Below are positions 60,300 through 64,000 of a stretch of DNA of 64,000 nucleotides, piece after piece. Location: the NCBI GenBank assembly GCA_002269645.1, contig NIVC01003306.1, positions 1 to 64,000 of the forward strand. The letters run 5' to 3'. The notes below the pieces were generated by a model that saw only the letters and a program-made list of their open reading frames with translations, was not told the origin of the DNA and ran no database searches. Numbering within the stretch: the stretch's first letter is position 1; every line of letters begins with the position of its first letter. The position numbers and the translations under genes are program-made. The stretch comes from Macrostomum lignano (lineage: Eukaryota).

Positions 60300-60950
60300 A
60301 TAAGAGTGGAAAGGAGAAGGAATAGACGGAATAGAAGGAATAGAAGAGATGAAAGGCAAGAGGGGGATATGAGAAAACATTGAATATAAGAGGAGAGACA
60401 AGTGGGGAGGAGAGAGCAGAGAAGAAGGGAGGAGGAGGGGAGAAAGGAGGGAGAGGAAAGAGTAAAGGTAAGAAGAGGGGAGAGATGAGACAGAGGATCG
60501 ATGAGAGGAGAGTAGAGAAGAGTGAGAAGAGAGTAGAGATGAGAAAGCAGAAAGAAGATAACAGAGGAAAGAGAGGAGTCAGAACAGGTGAAAGAGAAGA
60601 ATACAGAGGAGATAAGTGAGTGAACGTATAAGAGAGTAAAGATGACAGATAAGAAAGCAGATGAACAGACAAGAGATGGGAGAGTACAGAGAACAAAGGA
60701 GAGATAAGAGAGAAGAGATTACAGAGACTAGAGGAGAGAGGAGAGACAGGAAGAGAGAAGAGGAAATAGGAGAATGAAGAGGGGAGTGAGTAGAGAGGAG
60801 AAGAGAGATTGGAGAGGAGAGAGAGAGGGAGAGAGAGAGAGAGAGAAAGTGCAGAGCAGATAGAAACGAGAAGAGATAAGAGAGAAAAAATAAAAGAAAA
60901 AAAAGAAGAGATGAAAGAGCAGACGAGAGAGAAGAGAAGAATTAGTGAAG
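60300..60950. repeat. Purine-rich (GA) low-complexity tract
   Basis: Almost entirely A/G on the + strand; ends in (GA)n. Confidence 0.85.
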
Positions 60951-62493
60951 AAAAATATTCTAGCCTAGAATAAAAAGCACTTCCAGCCTTAAAGTAAAAC
61001 TTTTATAGACTGAAGGTTAAGCCAATGTAGCCACGGTGGAAATTAATAAGAAAAAGAACACATGAATAGATTTTCTTCTGACTTGAATCATTCAATCAAA
61101 TTTTTGCAATATAGTATTATTATTGACATCTTTCAAAGGGATTGCTCCATTTTATAAAGAAAAAACATAAAAGCTAGATTATTCACCTATTATACCAGAG
61201 GCCAAACAAGGTTGCTAACTAGAAGAATTCTAGAAAACTAGCAGTGAGTTGCATAGTGCTTCTCTAACTTAAATAGATCTTTTTAGCTTATGAATTTAAT
61301 CTTATACTTGAAATTGTATTAAATGGAAATGCTAGCCAGTAATTCTATAGAGATGGAAAAGTCTGCACTTCAAATATATGCAAACTTCTAAAAAGCTCTG
61401 AAAACACTATCTCTCTTTCTCTTGGAAAGGCATATACAGTGATTTTAATACAAAAATGAGTTAGTTGTATTGTATTGCACAGTCTAATTAACTATGGTAT
61501 ATGTGGGTAAACCTAACTTTATCTAATTGAAAACCATAAGTGGGATTTTTAACAACTTAAAACCATTGAAAACTAGACCTAGGATCATTGTAAAGCAGAC
61601 TTGGAATTATTATTATACTGGATTCTACTATTCTACTGGATTCGTATCCTGCATCTGATGAGCCATCTAAATCAGGACTCTCATCTTCCATGCCAAATCA
61701 TCTAGCAAGTGGAATTATTCTTGAGCTATTGGTGAATACGTTGTGAATTGTATCATACTGTATTCACCTCACTTTTACTTCTAGGCATTCAAGAATCATG
61801 ACTTGTGTAGTACTGTGTATGCTCACTACAGTGTATTAAGACAATTTACAAATTGTCTCACAGGCCGCCACTAGAGGGCATAGTGATTAGCTGTTAAAAC
61901 AATCTGCACAGACTATGTAAAAAAACTAGCTGGCGAGGCATTTAGCCTTAAAAATAAGGTGATAGTTACTCCTGCTGTTTACCTAAAAGTACGTTTATTT
62001 TCTTAGCTTTCTTTCATGGGTACGTCGCATTTTTTGATAGAAAACTAAGTCACACGGCCAGTGTAATTTCAGAGGTTGCGCATGTATGTCAGCAATCCCC
62101 CCATAAGCCTGACATCTCAGCAATCCCCTTAATGGAGCTTAATGAGGATTCCCTGCAATTCCCTGCAGCTTAAGGCAATACCCAAATATTCGAGAATCAA
62201 ACAAATTATTATTTTAAGACGAAGGATTAGCCATTATGGATGAAGTAGGCATTTAAGAAAGATAATTGTATCTACCTGAATAGAGGGTAATGGGGCTGCC
62301 AAATCTTTTTAAACAACCCTACGACACTGCCAAGGTAATCACACAAGTGATAACTAAATTCTAAGGAGACTAAAATCTTCCTGAGCAGGTTTTAGTGTCA
62401 TTTTACATTCAGGTTTAAATTTTTTAAAGTATTATTTAATGAACTTAATCGTCGGTATCTTTGCCTAGACGATATCATATTACGAATTTTACT

Positions 62494-64000
62494 ATGAAAG
62501 CCCTTTTTCAGGATCAAGAAGTCACAATCGCAATTACTGCTGCCGTATTTTCTACATATTTTTGTAAAGAAACTGGTCAACTCGATCGCAGATGGCTTCA
62601 CGAAGTCGTATTTCCTCAGTTGCGAGAAATAAATGAATTCGGAATATTTCATGTTAACAAAGAGATCATTCGAACAAGTCTTCGTAGGAAGGGCAGCAAC
62701 AGTTATTTATTACGACTAGTTTGCGCTGAATCAGCAGGCTGCAAGACAGTTATTACGTTGTCGATGGCAGATTTGCCTCTGATTGACAGTGTTAACTTAA
62801 GGTTGCAAAAGAAAAACGAGCACAGCGGCCACAGAGTGATTCTTCCAAACGACAATGTCCGCCATCTGTGGGAGCATGGTTCACAAGAGTGTCGAGAATT
62901 TGTCGCGAGTAAGGCGGCATGCAAAGACGCAAGACCGACTGAAATTTACGAGGGAAGCCTGCAGCATTTTAAGTCAGGTAAAATATGTTCCTTAGCGTCA
63001 GTGCGACAAGCATGTAGTCGTATTCAGAATGCTTCTAGAAGAAGCCAAAACGAGCACGAAGATTTGCGCAAGCAAATGTTAGATTGGAAAATATCGCTAG
63101 TATCGGAAGACGCTGTATCTGGATTTATTCAGCGTATCAGTACGGCTCCATTTGGAGTCGTTATTTATTGCGCGGAACAACAATTTCTTTTGCGCCAATT
63201 ACTTGCCAGGAATCCCTACGCTCCAGTCCACATCGACGCAACTGGTGGGCTCGTACGAAAATCGGAACTTATACCTGAAAATGTGCTGCTCTGCAGCGCA
63301 GTTGTTAGTTCTGAATCTGAATCTGTTGTGGCAACGCCAATAGCAGAGGCGGTATTGGAGTCCACGAAGACCGAAGATATATCCGCGTGGATTGAATCCT
63401 TTCTGCTCAATTTTGCCCGGTTTCAAGACCGAGGTGTTTGGGAAGTGTCAAAGGTTGGCCCGCGTATTTATGTTATCGACTTCAGCTGGGTCTTTCTCCA
63501 TGGCGTTCTTCGTGCTGCTGCCATAATGGATCTAGGAACGTATTTAAGAAAGCAATTCAAGCGACTAACCTCATGGGACGTTAAACCTCCATCGTACCCA
63601 CTTGTATTCATTTGCAGTTCGCATCTAATGCATCGTGTTGCAATGACGATCGCTATCAAAAACAGAGAAACGAAAAAAAACTTTCTTATCTTTTTTGCCA
63701 ATCTTATTACTGCTGATAGTTTAGAAACAGCGAAGTCGGTCTGGGAGACCATGCTTCGTCTATTTTGCAGCCAGTATGTAACGTCCGTTGTGCAAGACGC
63801 TTTCGAAGTGCTTCATCAGTACAATGCTTCCTTGCCATCTAGCTGTCATGAATTTGTGAATGAAATGCCGGATCCTGAAGAGGAAAATCAATCAGGAATT
63901 TCAGTTGATCCTCCAGATTCGGAAGCTGCTACAACACTACGATCAAGTTCACCCTTTTCAGGAATTTTCGGTGTTCCTGAGCCAATCAATACCGAGGCAA
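62494..64000 (+). mobile_element. Mutator-superfamily (MULE/NOF-FB-like) transposase ORF, open to the window edge, at least 502 aa
   Basis: My translation, frame open from 62449: C-x5-C...H-x2-H putative Zn motif, VHIDATGGLV (D1), YVIDFSW (D2), ICSSHLM (CxxH). Missing from the ORF track because it has no stop in the window. Confidence 0.75.

Noticed and set aside
60253-60696. Hydrophobic 147-aa ORF
   Set aside because: Translation of the CT/GA low-complexity tract.

Overview
Eukaryotic, intron-containing animal DNA. The minisatellite-filled introns and the gene mix (tetraspanin, DEG/ENaC, LC8-type dynein light chain, granulin) fit a free-living flatworm such as Macrostomum, but that is inference. 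Genes I could reconstruct: tetraspanin (-, partial), an intronless DEG/ENaC channel with one frameshift, a broken FkbM-type methyltransferase, a 7-exon ZFR-like gene, an orphan QPPDQK-repeat ORF, a 2-exon dynein light chain, and a progranulin with 8 identical modules. Mobile DNA: a Penelope-like element with a decayed hammerhead ribozyme motif, a dead Merlin transposase, four copies of a tRNA-derived SINE, a MITE, a deleted Tc1/mariner, a SINE-in-EnSpm-in-foldback nest, and an open MULE-type transposase running off the window. The main result is at 24.5-36.4 kb. What looks like a repeat-spacer array is 20 copies of one 64-65 nt box C/D snoRNA, each in its own intron of a non-coding host gene amplified as ~2-kb units. 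Its D-box guide is complementary to the conserved 18S site equivalent to human G601; a second guide matches the 28S G3744 region. rRNA sequences and numbering are recalled, not searched.
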